A stretch of 63,070 nucleotides of DNA, filler included, from Neolecta irregularis DAH-3 (lineage: Eukaryota): NCBI GenBank assembly GCA_001929475.1. It is 9 parts of 9 records of this genome, joined end to end, with 100 filler letters (N's around TTAATTAATTAA, not from the genome) between each part and the next. Parts side by side here need not be neighbours in the genome. Positions count along the whole stretch, not along the records: positions 38,532 to 43,938 come from LXFE01000508.1; positions 44,039 to 53,328 come from LXFE01000509.1; positions 53,429 to 58,417 come from LXFE01004020.1; 6 more parts are not named here. The stretch is one strand, 5' to 3'. The notes below the pieces were generated by a model. That model worked only from the letters and a program-made list of their open reading frames with translations, was not told the DNA's origin and did no database searches. Every line of letters starts with the position of its first letter. Positions within the stretch are counted from its first letter, which is position 1. The translations under genes were made by a program, and so were the position numbers. Shown here piece after piece: positions 42,354-53,621 of this stretch.

Positions 42354-43938
42354 ATGGAGGACTTTGGTGGATACACCCAAAATGGACAGGGGAACCCTTA
42401 CATTACAGGCGACCCAACAGCAAATTTCACACATCATCCACAGAGTCATCCGATCCCACAACCAGATTTGACTCCAGGAGCGGCATTTTTCCACAGCTTA
42501 GATCAGACCCAGCAGCAGCGGCAGCCATCTCAACAGTTCGTGCATCCATCCTTCGAACAGAATGGGTTTTACGCCATCGCACCTCAAACATACTTTTCCC
42601 ATCCAGACTCGATGAGTGCGAACAACCACCAGATGGGCCTAGCCATGCAATATCCACAAATGCAACAGTTGTTTCCATTTGCATCCATTAGTTCCGCAAC
42701 CCCGGAAAGCTATTTGCAACAGCCAATGGATTTTCAGTATGGGTCGCGATTACCAAATCAATACGCAGGCCCTGTACGGCTATCCCTTGATCCTCAATCT
42801 CAACATAATCAGCCCCAATCGCAATTTGAGATATACCAACCTGAAGTTAAAGCTCGAGCGAATATCACCGACGAGCACCGAAAGTTTTTGGAATTAAAAT
42901 TCGCGGAAACCCCTTATCCATCTTCCGAAGAGAAGGCCGCAATAGGAGCTCAGATAGGTCTCCAATCAGACGTAGTATGTTCATGGACTATACAAGTGTT
43001 CTGACATTCTCTAGATTACACGTTGGTACGAGCGGCAGCGGAAAGTGCTAGGAATCCGGAAAGATAAATGTTGTCTATGTCTTCTTGGATTCTACTAAAC
43101 TTTAGTGCTCCAAAACTCAAGCTTGTCGACATTGCAGATATCAGGTTTATGCTCCTTGTTACATGAAACTCATTATCAGCACTTCCCACTCAGGAGATCG
43201 TGAATAAGCGCTCTCGTTCCCAAGCCGATGACAGTGATGACATATTGAGCCCACAAATGCATCAAGGAATTGCCAAGGTTTTGCCTTTTGGCTCGTTGCC
43301 TCTGATTCGAAAGACTCCAGAAGAAGTAATCAAATCAAGTAGTCTCTTGAAGGAAACCCTTGTTCATTGCGTGTCGAGAACATCATCCTATAATTCTAAA
43401 GAAGGCATTCGTTTTGTTTTTGAGGTTATGAAGATCGCTACTACAGATGCCCAGAAACTTATAATACTTCATGGGATACGCGATAACGCAAAAAAAGAAC
43501 CGCTTCAACTGTCTGTTGGTGCTCTTCGAGTAGTATTGATTTATAGTCTGAGTGAAACCCAAATCCTCGCTAGAATGCGTAATTGGTTTACATCAGCAAT
43601 CAAGGAGAAATCACTCCAAATGCTCGTTGCCTGTCTGGAGGTGTGAATGTCCACGTGATCTGTGCTAACTTGTTTAGGTCTTCAAAAAAATGCCCTTAAC
43701 GAGTGAGGCATTAGCGAATGTTAAATTAGCAAAGCCTATACTGTTGGCACTAAAAAAATACCCAGAATCATCCGGTATGTTTTTCTCTGTTATCTTTATG
43801 TTTTATAACATCCTCAGCTGTTGGAGCCTTATCCAAACATTTGATACCATTGGCTCAAAAGGCGACAAGTGAGTCTTCAGCATCATGACAATCCTCATAG
43901 ATAGGCATAGATGGCGATAAGCCTGTCAAGTCTGATTT
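42354..43938 (+). CDS. Homeodomain protein with downstream TFIIS-N/LW-like helical domain, multi-exon, 3' truncated
   Basis: Q/P-rich N-terminus; ARANITDEHRKFLELKFAETPYPSSEEKAAIGAQIGLQSDV|ITRWYERQRK; later ILARMRNWF..LVACLE|VFKKMPLTSEALANVKLAKPI. Confidence 0.75.
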
Positions 43939-44038
43939 NNNNNNNNNNNNNNNNNNNNNNNNNNNNNNNNNNNNNNNNNNNNTTAATTAATTAANNNNNN
44001 NNNNNNNNNNNNNNNNNNNNNNNNNNNNNNNNNNNNNN

Positions 44039-45541
44039 GGCCTCCTCGTCGGCTCCCCCTTCTCCCCCTCCGCCCCCGCCGCCTTCCACAATCCCCCAAT
44101 CCACTCCTCCTACGCCGCCCTCCTCGCCTCCCACTACCCCTCCATGACCCATCTCCTCGCACAACCCTCCCCCGCGCACCACCTCGGCAGAACAGTCTAC
44201 CTCGGAAACATCCCTGCAGACACCTCCGTCACAGACATCCTCAACCACGTCCACACTGGCCCCGTCGAGAATATCAGAATGCTCCCTGAAAAAAACTGCG
44301 CCTTCATCTCCTTCCTCGACTCCACCGCTGCCGCCCTCTTCCATTCAGACGCCATCCTCAAAAAACTCAGCTTTGCAGGCACAGAACTCAAGGTCGGCTG
44401 GGGGAAGCCCTCCTCCGTCCCCAGCTCAGTCATGGTCGCCGTCCAACAGAGCTCTGCTACCCGCAACGTCTACCTCGGAAACCTCCCAGACGAAATCCAA
44501 GACGACGATCTCGTTGCTGATCTCTCTAAATTCGGCCAGATCGAACACGTCAAGATCATCAAGGACAAAAATATCGGCTTTGTCCACTTTCTGAGCATCT
44601 CGAACGCTATAAAAGCTGTCGCCCAACTCCCACAAGAAGCAAAATGGTCTTGCAGAAAAGTCTCCTACGGTCGCGATCGCTGCGCATTCGGCGGCAGAGC
44701 CCAGCAACAAACAAACGCCTATCTCCAAAATCACCATCAAATCTACAACCTTCCCTACGATCTCTCCGCAGATCACATGGCAATGCACCTCCACCACGGA
44801 ATACAGCCAGGCAACCGCACCGTCTACCTCGGAAACATCCACCCTGAAACTACAACAGAAGAAATCTGCAACGTAGTCCGAGGCGGCCTACTGCAACACA
44901 TCCGCTACATTCCAGACAAACACATTGCTTTCGTCACTTTTATCGACCCAAACTCGGCAATCGCCTTTGTCCAATTGTCAAACGCACAGGGCCTAGTCAT
45001 CCACAACAGACGCCTAAAAATAGGCTGGGGAAAATCCCCAGGGATCCTCCCACAAGCAATCGGCATCGCAGTATCCACAGGCGCTAGCAGAAATGTCTAC
45101 ATCGGCAACCTCGACGACTCCTGGAATGAAGACCGTCTTCGTCAAGAATTTCAAGAATACGGAGACATCGAACTCGTAAACACCCTCAAAGAGAAAAATT
45201 GCGCCTTTGTTAATTTCACAAATATCACCAGCGCAATCAAAGCAATTGAAGCAGTAAAAGAAAAAGACGAATTCAAAAAACTGCGTGTAAACTATGGCAA
45301 GGATCGTTGCGGAAATCCCCCGCGTTTTGTCACAATGATGCAAACTCCAGTAATGGGTCCCGTCACCACTATTCCCGAAGTCGAAGAACCATCTACAAGT
45401 CAAACCTATACCAGACCAGATGTCCTACCAAATCCTTCCTCAGCTGTAAACTCTACCGTACCGACAAACGGCCACTCGAGGACCGTCAGTCTGCCAATGG
45501 GCCTGGGCAACAGCAACATGTACGGGTTAGCAATCAATTGA
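44039..45541 (+). CDS. Four-RRM RNA-binding protein, fission-yeast Nrd1 / budding-yeast Mrn1 type; 5' possibly truncated
   Basis: RTVYLGNIP; EKNCAFISF; LKVGWGKPS; ATRNVYLGNL; GNRTVYLGNIHPETTTEEICNVVRGG; NRRLKIGWGK; VNYGKDRCGNPPR. Confidence 0.92.
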   Translation, partial: GLLVGSPFSPSAPAAFHNPPIHSSYAALLASHYPSMTHLLAQPSPAHHLGRTVYLGNIPADTSVTDILNHVHTGPVENIRMLPEKNCAFISFLDSTAAALFHSDAILKKLSFAGTELKVGWGKPSSVPSSVMVAVQQSSATRNVYLGNLPDEIQDDDLVADLSKFGQIEHVKIIKDKNIGFVHFLSISNAIKAVAQLPQEAKWSCRKVSYGRDRCAFGGRAQQQTNAYLQNHHQIYNLPYDLSADHMAMHLHHGIQPGNRTVYLGNIHPETTTEEICNVVRGGLLQHIRYIPDKHIAFVTFIDPNSAIAFVQLSNAQGLVIHNRRLKIGWGKSPGILPQAIGIAVSTGASRNVYIGNLDDSWNEDRLRQEFQEYGDIELVNTLKEKNCAFVNFTNITSAIKAIEAVKEKDEFKKLRVNYGKDRCGNPPRFVTMMQTPVMGPVTTIPEVEEPSTSQTYTRPDVLPNPSSAVNSTVPTNGHSRTVSLPMGLGNSNMYGLAIN

Positions 45542-45895
45542 TCACCTTTTGTATCCATTCTTGGGACTTGGTTCTTGGCTGGTAGGCCCCGGTCACAGTT
45601 GTTACTCTTTACTCTAGAATTAGGAGCATTTGGTCAAGATTTAATCGCGAAGCGAAGTTTTTTTTTCAGTTATTTCTTTTTGCCAGTTAAGAATTTTCGT
45701 TGTACTAGATATCTATTTTGGATAGGGGATTTAATTATTTAGGTTGCTTGCCCTAGCCTAATCTGATCCTTTTCGTCATCATATATTTACTTGAATCTGT
45801 GACATCGCATTGATACAGCTTGCATCTAATTTGTCTGTAGGTTGCCTGCCAGCCTACCCGATCTTTTCTATATATACACTGAATTTATAAAGCGA

Positions 45896-46708
45896 CTAGA
45901 CGTCCGGTGTCGTTGATACGGCTTCTACATCTAATTTCCATTCATCTACTTGCTCAAAAGTGCGTTTAATTTCAAGTTTTTGTCGTCGAGCACTTGAACT
46001 AGTCGACTCGTCGCTCTCTTCGGTATGTGGAACAATATTTTCTTTATTTTTCACCCGTTTGACACGTCGTTTAGTCCGCGTCAATATATCTTCGTTCTCG
46101 GAGTCATCATCCAGATCACTAGAATTGAACTGCTGGATCCGTTTACGCCTCTTACGACGAGGCAACAACGTCTCGAGATCGGCAGTTTTCAACTGTTTAT
46201 CATCCTTGATTTTCCCGACACTCTTGTCACGAGGCACAGGATGTGGAGAGGATTCGATTCGATTCGGCGGAGAATGGATATTTGACGATAAGAGTGAATG
46301 ATCCCCTTGTTCCTCTTCATTCTCCGACAAGAGTTTAGAACTTGGTTTCAATGGCGATCTAGGGAATCGATTACGATTAATCTTGCTTGAATGTCTCGTT
46401 TGTTTTAGTGCTGAAAATCCAAACGACTGATTACTATGCTCATCATATACACGAGCACGTTTCTGCGACGTCGATATTGGCTTGAGAATTGGAGATAATA
46501 CGGGAGATGGCAATAACACGAGTTTGGAATCAGCGTGCTGCTTCGTGGGTGTCGAAGAGGCTTGCGGTTCGGCTAGAGTATCCTCCGCAATCGACAGCGA
46601 ATCCACATTTCCCTTGACACGATTGGTATTCTTTTTCTTGATAGGTTTCTTACTGCTCGAGGCCAATTGTGATGGTTTCTTAATACGAGGACGGAGTGGA
46701 CGGGGCAT
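45896..46708 (-). CDS. Sororin-like cohesin regulator (single-exon, basic/disordered)
   Basis: SFGF motif, LKTADLETLLPRRK, KEN box (NKENI), C-terminal EIKRTFEQVDEWKLDVE resembling the sororin C-terminal motif. Confidence 0.7.
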   Translation of the reverse strand: MPRPLRPRIKKPSQLASSSKKPIKKKNTNRVKGNVDSLSIAEDTLAEPQASSTPTKQHADSKLVLLPSPVLSPILKPISTSQKRARVYDEHSNQSFGFSALKQTRHSSKINRNRFPRSPLKPSSKLLSENEEEQGDHSLLSSNIHSPPNRIESSPHPVPRDKSVGKIKDDKQLKTADLETLLPRRKRRKRIQQFNSSDLDDDSENEDILTRTKRRVKRVKNKENIVPHTEESDESTSSSARRQKLEIKRTFEQVDEWKLDVEAVSTTPDV

Positions 46709-46803
46709 GATAGTAGGTGTGATGGATATTGATAAGCTATATATACTTTATGTTAAACAAACACACAATATATATAACTTCTAATTCCTTATTAAATTAA
46801 TCA

Positions 46804-46895
46804 GGCAACATGGCAGAGTGGTTAATGCGTAAGCCTCGAATACACTGGATAGCTTATGGGATCTTCCCGCGCAGGTTCAAATCCTGCTGTTGTCG
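46804..46895 (+). tRNA. tRNA-Ser(CGA) with ~10-nt intron
   Basis: Acceptor GGCAACA/TGTTGTC; A box TGGCAGAGTGG; anticodon stem TAAGC/GCTTA with CT-CGA-A plus intron; long variable arm; GGTTCAAATCC; T6 terminator. Confidence 0.93.
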
Positions 46896-47134
46896 GCTTT
46901 TTTCTCCCCGTCGCTTCCACCTGTTTCTTATCTGGTGGTACTGGATATTCATATATAAAGTTACAACAGAGATTACAATACAAGCTTACAGCTTCAAATA
47001 AATTTTGGGAAAAATCCAAAACAGGAAATGTGATATCTAAATTACATGAATCATATGAAATATCATTAGATAGACGTTGTCCGTAATTTTCATCCCATGA
47101 AATTATCCTTCAATAGAATCTTGCATCTCAACGG

Positions 47135-47826
47135 TTATGTGAGATAAATAAATAGAGAAAGCGCAAGCAAACCTATGAAACTACCACCATAGGCAATGTC
47201 TTTAACAGACGAACTGCTGCTTCTTAGGAGAAAGGGGGTTAAGCCTAGTGAAGACAAGGCATGTTCCGAAGATGAGCCGCTGCTTTTGGGTGCAGAAGCT
47301 GTAGTTGTAGTTGTAGTTGTGGAATTATTAGAACTAATTGTGGTAAACAGTTGTATTGCTGTAGGCTGTTGCAACGATGTGGTAGGTTGAATCAAGCTAG
47401 CTGCGGTAGTTGATGACGATATGTCTAAAGACGATGCAGTAGCTGAAGAATTTGAAGGCCCGGGTCCAAAAAAACAAGCGCTTGTATCGGCATTGCAAAA
47501 GGTGCCCGTTGGACAGCTATCAAGTCAACCAAAGTCGTCATTAGGAGATACCATCCACCAAAGTCGCACACACTGTCGGTAGATTTGCATGGCTTGCTAC
47601 AATAACCGCCATCAACACAGTCTGACCCTGATGGGCAGCAAGCCGAAAAATTTGTGCAGCTGGAAAATCTGCAATCAGTCACCAAGTCAAGACTTGGCAG
47701 GCACCCTAATGGACACAGCTTGTTTCCGCCGTTAAGAGGAGAAATGGCTATCGGCCCATAGAGTTGACGCACGAGATCCTGTGTCTGTTGAGCAAGTATG
47801 AGCGGGACGAATAGTAACTGATACAT
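47135..47826 (-). CDS. Secreted Cys-rich, Ser/Thr-rich, probably GPI-anchored cell-surface protein (2 exons)
   Basis: MYQLLFVPLILA signal-like start; CCPSGSDC and CCPTGTFC motifs; S/T tract; hydrophobic C-terminus GGSFIGLLALSLFIYLT. Confidence 0.78.
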
Positions 47827-47909
47827 GGCGAGGAACTCGTATGTATGTAACCAAGATCTAGATGCAGCTACGGAAAGTGGCAAGCGCCACTCAATCGCCG
47901 AATTGAATT

Positions 47910-47981
47910 AAGGGCACGTTTGCCAGCCACCATAAAAAAATATCATCATATTCTTTCATGGTGGCTGGTGAACTTACCCTT
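47910..47981. mobile_element. 72-bp hairpin element, possibly a PIF/Tourist-like mini-MITE
   Basis: aagggcacgtttgccagccaccataaaaaaatat versus reverse complement of right arm aagggtaagttcaccagccaccatgaaagaatat; GGGCACGTTTG terminus preceded by TAA. Confidence 0.6.
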
Positions 47982-48548
47982 GAGATTTTTGGAGCAAATA
48001 TTTTCATTCATTAAAGTACCGGCAATGACGAGCAAAACTACACGTTCTAGTCACTTATTGATCCTGAATTGGGTTTGGTTGATTATATTATCTTAGCCCA
48101 TCTGGGTTGACATTCTGTCGAGACCTTGTAACAGCTGTGCTCTCCAGCCTTTATGGAAAAAAGTAGGAGAGAACTCGAATTCTTTCAGAGTTGAAGATGA
48201 GATTGTAATCGAATAAGTTTGCTGATATCTCAGCGTCATACGAAAAATAATTATTTGATGTATTTTATCAAAGATCAGATGTGCCAGTCGTGGGTTTTTA
48301 TATGAGTTACCTATAGAAACTATATAAAGGAATACGCTTACAATTGGTGAATTTGAATCACATGCTGCCATTTTGTGCGCCCTACAGAGTAAAGACTTAT
48401 TGATGTTTTTTGTACAAAAGTTAGGAAATAGTGAATATCATTAAACTGAAAATACATTGAATTACAATATTGTCCGTTGAACTACATCCTATACGTATGG
48501 CACTAGCTACCTATCGTATGTGTAGTGGTCTGCGAGCTTCGAAATCCT

Positions 48549-48963
48549 CTAATCCAGAATGTAACGGTCCTAGAGAACATCAGATGTTGAAATCCCACCT
48601 TCATACCTGATAAGAGAGCCGCACCATACATTTCTGAATGAACGCATGATTCAATGGCTTATCAATCAAGTCGTTCAGCTGGGTTAGAGTTTCTTCAAAA
48701 CCGTAGCACATTTGGTTATGATTAACACTTACCACTAAGAAAGAAGAGCATTGATCACGGCGGCGAAAGCATTCTTGAGCACAAAATTCTTCTGGTCGTT
48801 GTTCCGAGGTTGCAGGGTAATCAACAATAAAGTTCTCACCCAAGCCATGGCAATCTGTAAGCGTGCCGGCAGGTAGGAGACCAGGACGGTAGTACGTTTC
48901 GAGAGTCTTGGTTGCAAAAGTAAGCTTTCCGCACAAGGTGATGAAAAACAAAATCGACCACGT
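48549..48963 (-). CDS. Small secreted Cys-containing protein with PAN/apple-like spacing; start is ACG (non-AUG start or pseudogene)
   Basis: acc-ACG-WSILFFITLCGKLTFA signal-like segment; FCAQECFRRRDQCSSFLVV..MCYGF; probable 3' intron. Confidence 0.5.
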
Positions 48964-49032
48964 GGTTTAGGATAAGTTGAAAAAATTTAGGGCGGGAATC
49001 TGCCGGTTAAGTAGTTTTTTAAAATACGGAAT

Positions 49033-49216
49033 GAGCAAATGGCTGACTCTTGTCGAACACAAATGCTTCTAAATGCGGGCATGTGGTTGGAGTATTCTAT
49101 TTGAGGCTGTCCTGGTCCGGAAAGTAATCACCACGAAAAGAGCAAATGGCTCTGACTCTTTCAACACAAATGATTGCGAATGCGGGCATGTGGTTTGAAT
49201 ATTCTATTTGAGGCTG
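49033..49216. repeat. Two diverged direct copies (49033-49109, 49140-49216) of a ~77-bp element also present at 8962-9017
   Basis: gagcaaatggct(ct)gactctt..aatg(c/t)gggcatgtggtt shared by all three copies. Confidence 0.85.
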
Positions 49217-49668
49217 AATCGTAATATAAAATCAACACCCTTGAATGCCACATTTGTAAGGATATACCCAGCATTGCTGCTACTTGCCGGTGCAACGGAT
49301 GGACGCCAGACTCATTTGGAGTCGCTCTTTAAGATGGGCATGTTTTCTATTTTTGCTCCAAGAACAAGATAACGTGTATTTAATCCTGATGTAGCAAGAC
49401 TAATTGCAAACGAGTTGCAGTCAGATAACAGACGTGGTATAAGTCTGCACGTGGTCTAACCACTTCCACTTGGAGAATATTCATCCACTACCTATACAAA
49501 AAGCCACAGCCCCTGTGCCGAATAAACAGGACACCATCAGACACAAACTTGACTATAATACGAACAAGGGGTTAAGCTATAACTAAATCGGCATGTCATT
49601 CTCATTAGGCATTTGCATTTCGACCCAATCGGGAGGCGGCCCGAGGTTTGGATACGAAGGAGGAACTT

Positions 49669-50629
49669 TTAAAGGAACCGGTGGCGGCAGAGCGGTATAT
49701 TGACTGGTCTCTTTAACCGTCGCTTTTTTACCGGCGAGCATTTTTTCCATTTGTCGTTTTGTAGCTGCACCGGTGATAAATTGACCTAGCCAATGTTGAA
49801 CGGCATGACTGAAACACGGGATAACAACAGCTGTTGATTAGAAAGAATACATATAGCAGTGGGCCACACGTCTGCCACAGCCGACTCGAGCGAGCGCGGC
49901 TTTTGCGAATCCTTCTGGAGTGGGAACAAGGACATTTACGATATCGTTGCTTTGTCTGACTCGTCCCGCCAACATTGCGACGACTTGGATTCCCTCTTCT
50001 TGCAGTTCTTGGGACAATGCTGTGGACCATGCGAGCAGGAAACTCTTGACACCGGAATAGGTAGCTGCAAAAGGCAATGGTTTGTCGCCGGCGGTACAGC
50101 CCACGTTGAGAATCAGCCCCGGTCTCGTTAGCGAATTGACAAGAGAATTGGTGATCGTCGTGGTAAAGATCGAACTGATCCAGATTGACATTCGGATACC
50201 TTCAGTAGATTGTCTTGCGAACGGGCCAAAATCATGGTATCCGCCTATATTATTCACCAGGACGGAGATCTTGCAGGTTTTAATTGTGTTGATTACAGAT
50301 TCAAATTTGTGCTCTTCCAACGCGTCCATAATCACGATACTAATCTTTCCGCCTTTTGGGAACTGTTCTTTTAGTTGGATTTTCATGTCTCGTAGTTTTT
50401 CTTTATTTCGACCGTGGATGATTACATGAAAGCCTAGACGATACAGTTCTATCGCCATGGCCCGTCCGATGCCGTCTGTTGCGCCGGTGACAAGTGCATA
50501 CGAATCTGGTGTTTTGTAGTCCAGAATACGACTGGGTTTTAAATAAACATGGAGAAAAGACAAGATCTGGACGGTGAAATAAGACACGGTCATCAGCCCG
50601 GTCAAAAAGGTAAAAGCCATCATCGACAT
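49669..50629 (-). CDS. Short-chain dehydrogenase/reductase, 17-beta-HSD / 3-ketoacyl-CoA reductase-like
   Basis: N-terminal TM; ALVTGATDGIGRAMA; IIHGRNKEKL; VLVNNIG; catalytic YSGVK; one 3' intron. Confidence 0.9.
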
Positions 50630-50812
50630 GGTCCAAGGCGTGGAGGGAGGTGAGAGGAAGAACGCGGGAGGTGCTAGCTTTAATAGACCTAGTGCGTACA
50701 CGATACAAACATCAGAAATTCCTTTATGCCTACAATCAGGAACTGACAACGAGCCCCGCCAAAAAAGAGACGACTAGATATATCCAATGGTTCCAAGATA
50801 ACAAAACGTTTT

Positions 50813-53328
50813 CTACCGCTGCCTCTTCTTCTTTGATTTCTTTGCCTGTGGTTTCGAAGAATGGTAACTCCCTAGCGTCGTGTACGCTACTGTGTTCACC
50901 CACTTTCTAAACCGTTCAAAGTCCGCGTCATTCGAACTATTCCGTGTAGACCGTCGAACTTCAGACTCTGTTTCATCGTCGTCGCCAGAGGCGAGATAAA
51001 CTTGTCGCACGCGCATAGTATGAGACAGAATATCTTGAATATTGCGCAGGTTGCTCTTCAACCGGGACTCCCGGATACCCTTGGGATTCAGCCAACCGAT
51101 GAGTGCTTCAATCTGATATTAGCAGAGCAAAGAAAAGAAAAACATACTTCATCGGGAGAATCGTAAAATCCCCAAGCGTCAACTCCAGTCCACACAACCA
51201 AATCCTGCAACTCAATTTCCAGTCTCTGCCGAATCTTCTCGTCGTAAAAAGAATTAATATCTTCTTGACTAGGCATTTGGATCCAGAGTCGGCCGTTCCC
51301 GTAGCCAGGCTCACAACCACATTCAACACCTCCATAGTAGGGCATAGCGCTATTTTCAAACCACCAGTAGCGAAAGTAAAACCGATCGTATCCCAACAGT
51401 TTAACTCGATAACAGTCGGATTCACGGAGATCTTGGTCGTAGCTTTTGATTTCATCTTCGATGATGTTCAATTCGCGGACAAGTTTGCTATGGTCTCTTT
51501 GCAAGGTTTGCGACGGGGTTGAAGAGAGTTTGAGGATTTGAGGCGAGGGAGTTTGTTTTTCTTCGATTGGTGAATCGATTACGCGTTTGCGTTTGGAGGA
51601 AGTACGACTTGATTCGTATATCAGGCTTTCAGAAGCATCGTCGTCTTTAAAAGATGTTGCTTCAGAAAGAGTTTCTACGTGAGAAGGAGATAGAGGGGTT
51701 ATATTGTATTGTTTCAAGCCTAGTTCGCACTGTCCGATCTGTTCAATCCTACGTGTTAGCTAGAAATAACAAGGTGTGGTACATTTGTTTGCGACGTTGC
51801 TGCGCGTCAACCTTGTTCTTGCGCGCTTCAGTCATACTCGCTGCGCATTCGTCCAGGTAGTTTCGGATGAGCGGTAATCTCTCGCAGCAGCCGACGAGTA
51901 TCTGCAATATTCTAATTTTAATCGTGAAATCGAGGTTACTGACTCGATAAGCGGTTTTATTTGGATCTGGTAGTTGTTCGTTGCTGTCGAGCTGTGCGTC
52001 GAGTAATCTGTTGATCATGCTATGACCGTTTTCGTCAATGTGATCGACTGTTGAAAATTCGAGTTCGGCCAAGAGACCTAGCAAACAAACCTCCCAGCCG
52101 CCCTCTCCAAAATCTCCTCTCAATACGCGGTCGCGCCAATCTAGACAGATTGCAGTGCTTATAGAGTGCAAGTCATTAGTTTTTTGAAGGGGTTTGTATG
52201 AACGAGGAGTTTTTGGAGGGATTTTGAAATCGTGGCCGGCCAGGGCAAGTGTCTTTACCAAGACGGCAAACACTTCATCTGTGAGAAGACAAGTTTGGTT
52301 TGAATTGAACTCGACAGTCCATTTTAGCGCGTCAATAAAGTCGTCTAGAGTAAACAATTCCAAAAGTAAAGGTTCGCTAGAGATGAGGGTTGTTTTGGGA
52401 GAATTTATACCTAAAGACATTGAGAAAGGTCCAGACTTGGAGAGTTGCGGATTCGTAGCTGTCAGGGATGTTGTCGCGATCCTTTTTGACTGGAGGCCGA
52501 TATGTCCCGTCAAAGACCCAAGGGATCTCGAGATCCTCGACAGGACCGCGGCAGTTTGCGCTGCTTGGGCCCGAGTTCTGGGTAAGTAGAGAGAGCAAGG
52601 ACTGGGTACTTTTTTGTTTCTTGTCCGTAGTTCATCGGGCATAGCAGTATCTATTTTGTATCTGGTGGCGTATAGATTCTGGAGATGAGGAACAGATTAC
52701 AAACAAAACAGCACCTTTACTTCCCAGGGGGCGCTTGAGTAGGATTTTCTGTGGATTGCGTGCTTGAGGAAGGAGCGCAGGAGATGTTTGCTAAAGATTT
52801 TTCTATCGCGGCTAGAAGTTAACAGCAGTGTAAATAAGAGATGCCTCAAAGCAGACGAGTCTACGATCTCGTCGCAGCGTTTTCCAGCCATGTCGATGTA
52901 TTCGACCTTGTAGCGGGCAACTGGAGTGGTCAGGCGGCTGGAAGGGGAGGAAAAGTACCGGCCTGTGCGTTTTCTGGGTTGAGGGGGGTGAATTTAGTTT
53001 TTTCGCGGATGAGGGCATCGCAGTAGCGGTAGCCGCCGGTGGTGAGGATGAGCTGCTCGCCTGGAAAGTATTCGTTGTGGAATTGCTAGGGGGACGAATG
53101 AGGGGAGAAATTAAACGGGAGCTATACTTCAAAAGTGTGGTCGACTAGGATGTGTAAGCAGGTGTTTGCAAGGGTGGATGGGGGGGGTGGCGCACCTAGT
53201 CTGTCTATGCGGGTGATTGTTGAGAACTGGACTCTGCGCAGGACTGGTTCTTTGAGGGCTTCTGGGAAGGCGACATCGACCTCCTTGGCCTGTTCTGTCT
53301 AGGGCGGGTCAGCAGGGGGGTGGGGGTG
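50813..53328 (-). CDS. ITC1: ISWI complex subunit Itc1/ACF1-like (DDT, WHIM, WSD domains), multi-exon, 5' truncated
   Basis: RDRKIFSKHLLRSFLK..YSSAPWEV; LQVWTFLNVF; EPLLLELFTLDDFIDAL; IRNYLDEC; RVKLLGYDRFYFRYWWFE; GNGRLWIQ; WGFYDSPDE; RKWVN..LGSYH. Confidence 0.88.
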
Positions 53329-53621
53329 NNNNNNNNNNNNNNNNNNNNNNNNNNNNNNNNNNNNNNNNNNNNTTAATTAATTAANNNNNNNNNNNNNNNN
53401 NNNNNNNNNNNNNNNNNNNNNNNNNNNNTACTGCACCCGCGTGATTTTGCACGGCACTACACATATCAAAGCGCAATCCAGGCAGACATGAAGAATGAAA
53501 GCTCTTGCCCGTCTATTTCACGGCATCACGTTATTACTTTATCAGCTTTTTTGGTTTTCCCAGATGAATTTCGACTGTTCCAAATGTCCCTCTCGAACCT
53601 GTGTCTATACAATCCCAAGAC

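Noticed and set aside
46810-47086. Short ORFs overlapping 46804-46895
   Set aside because: Explained by the tRNA-Ser gene and its flank
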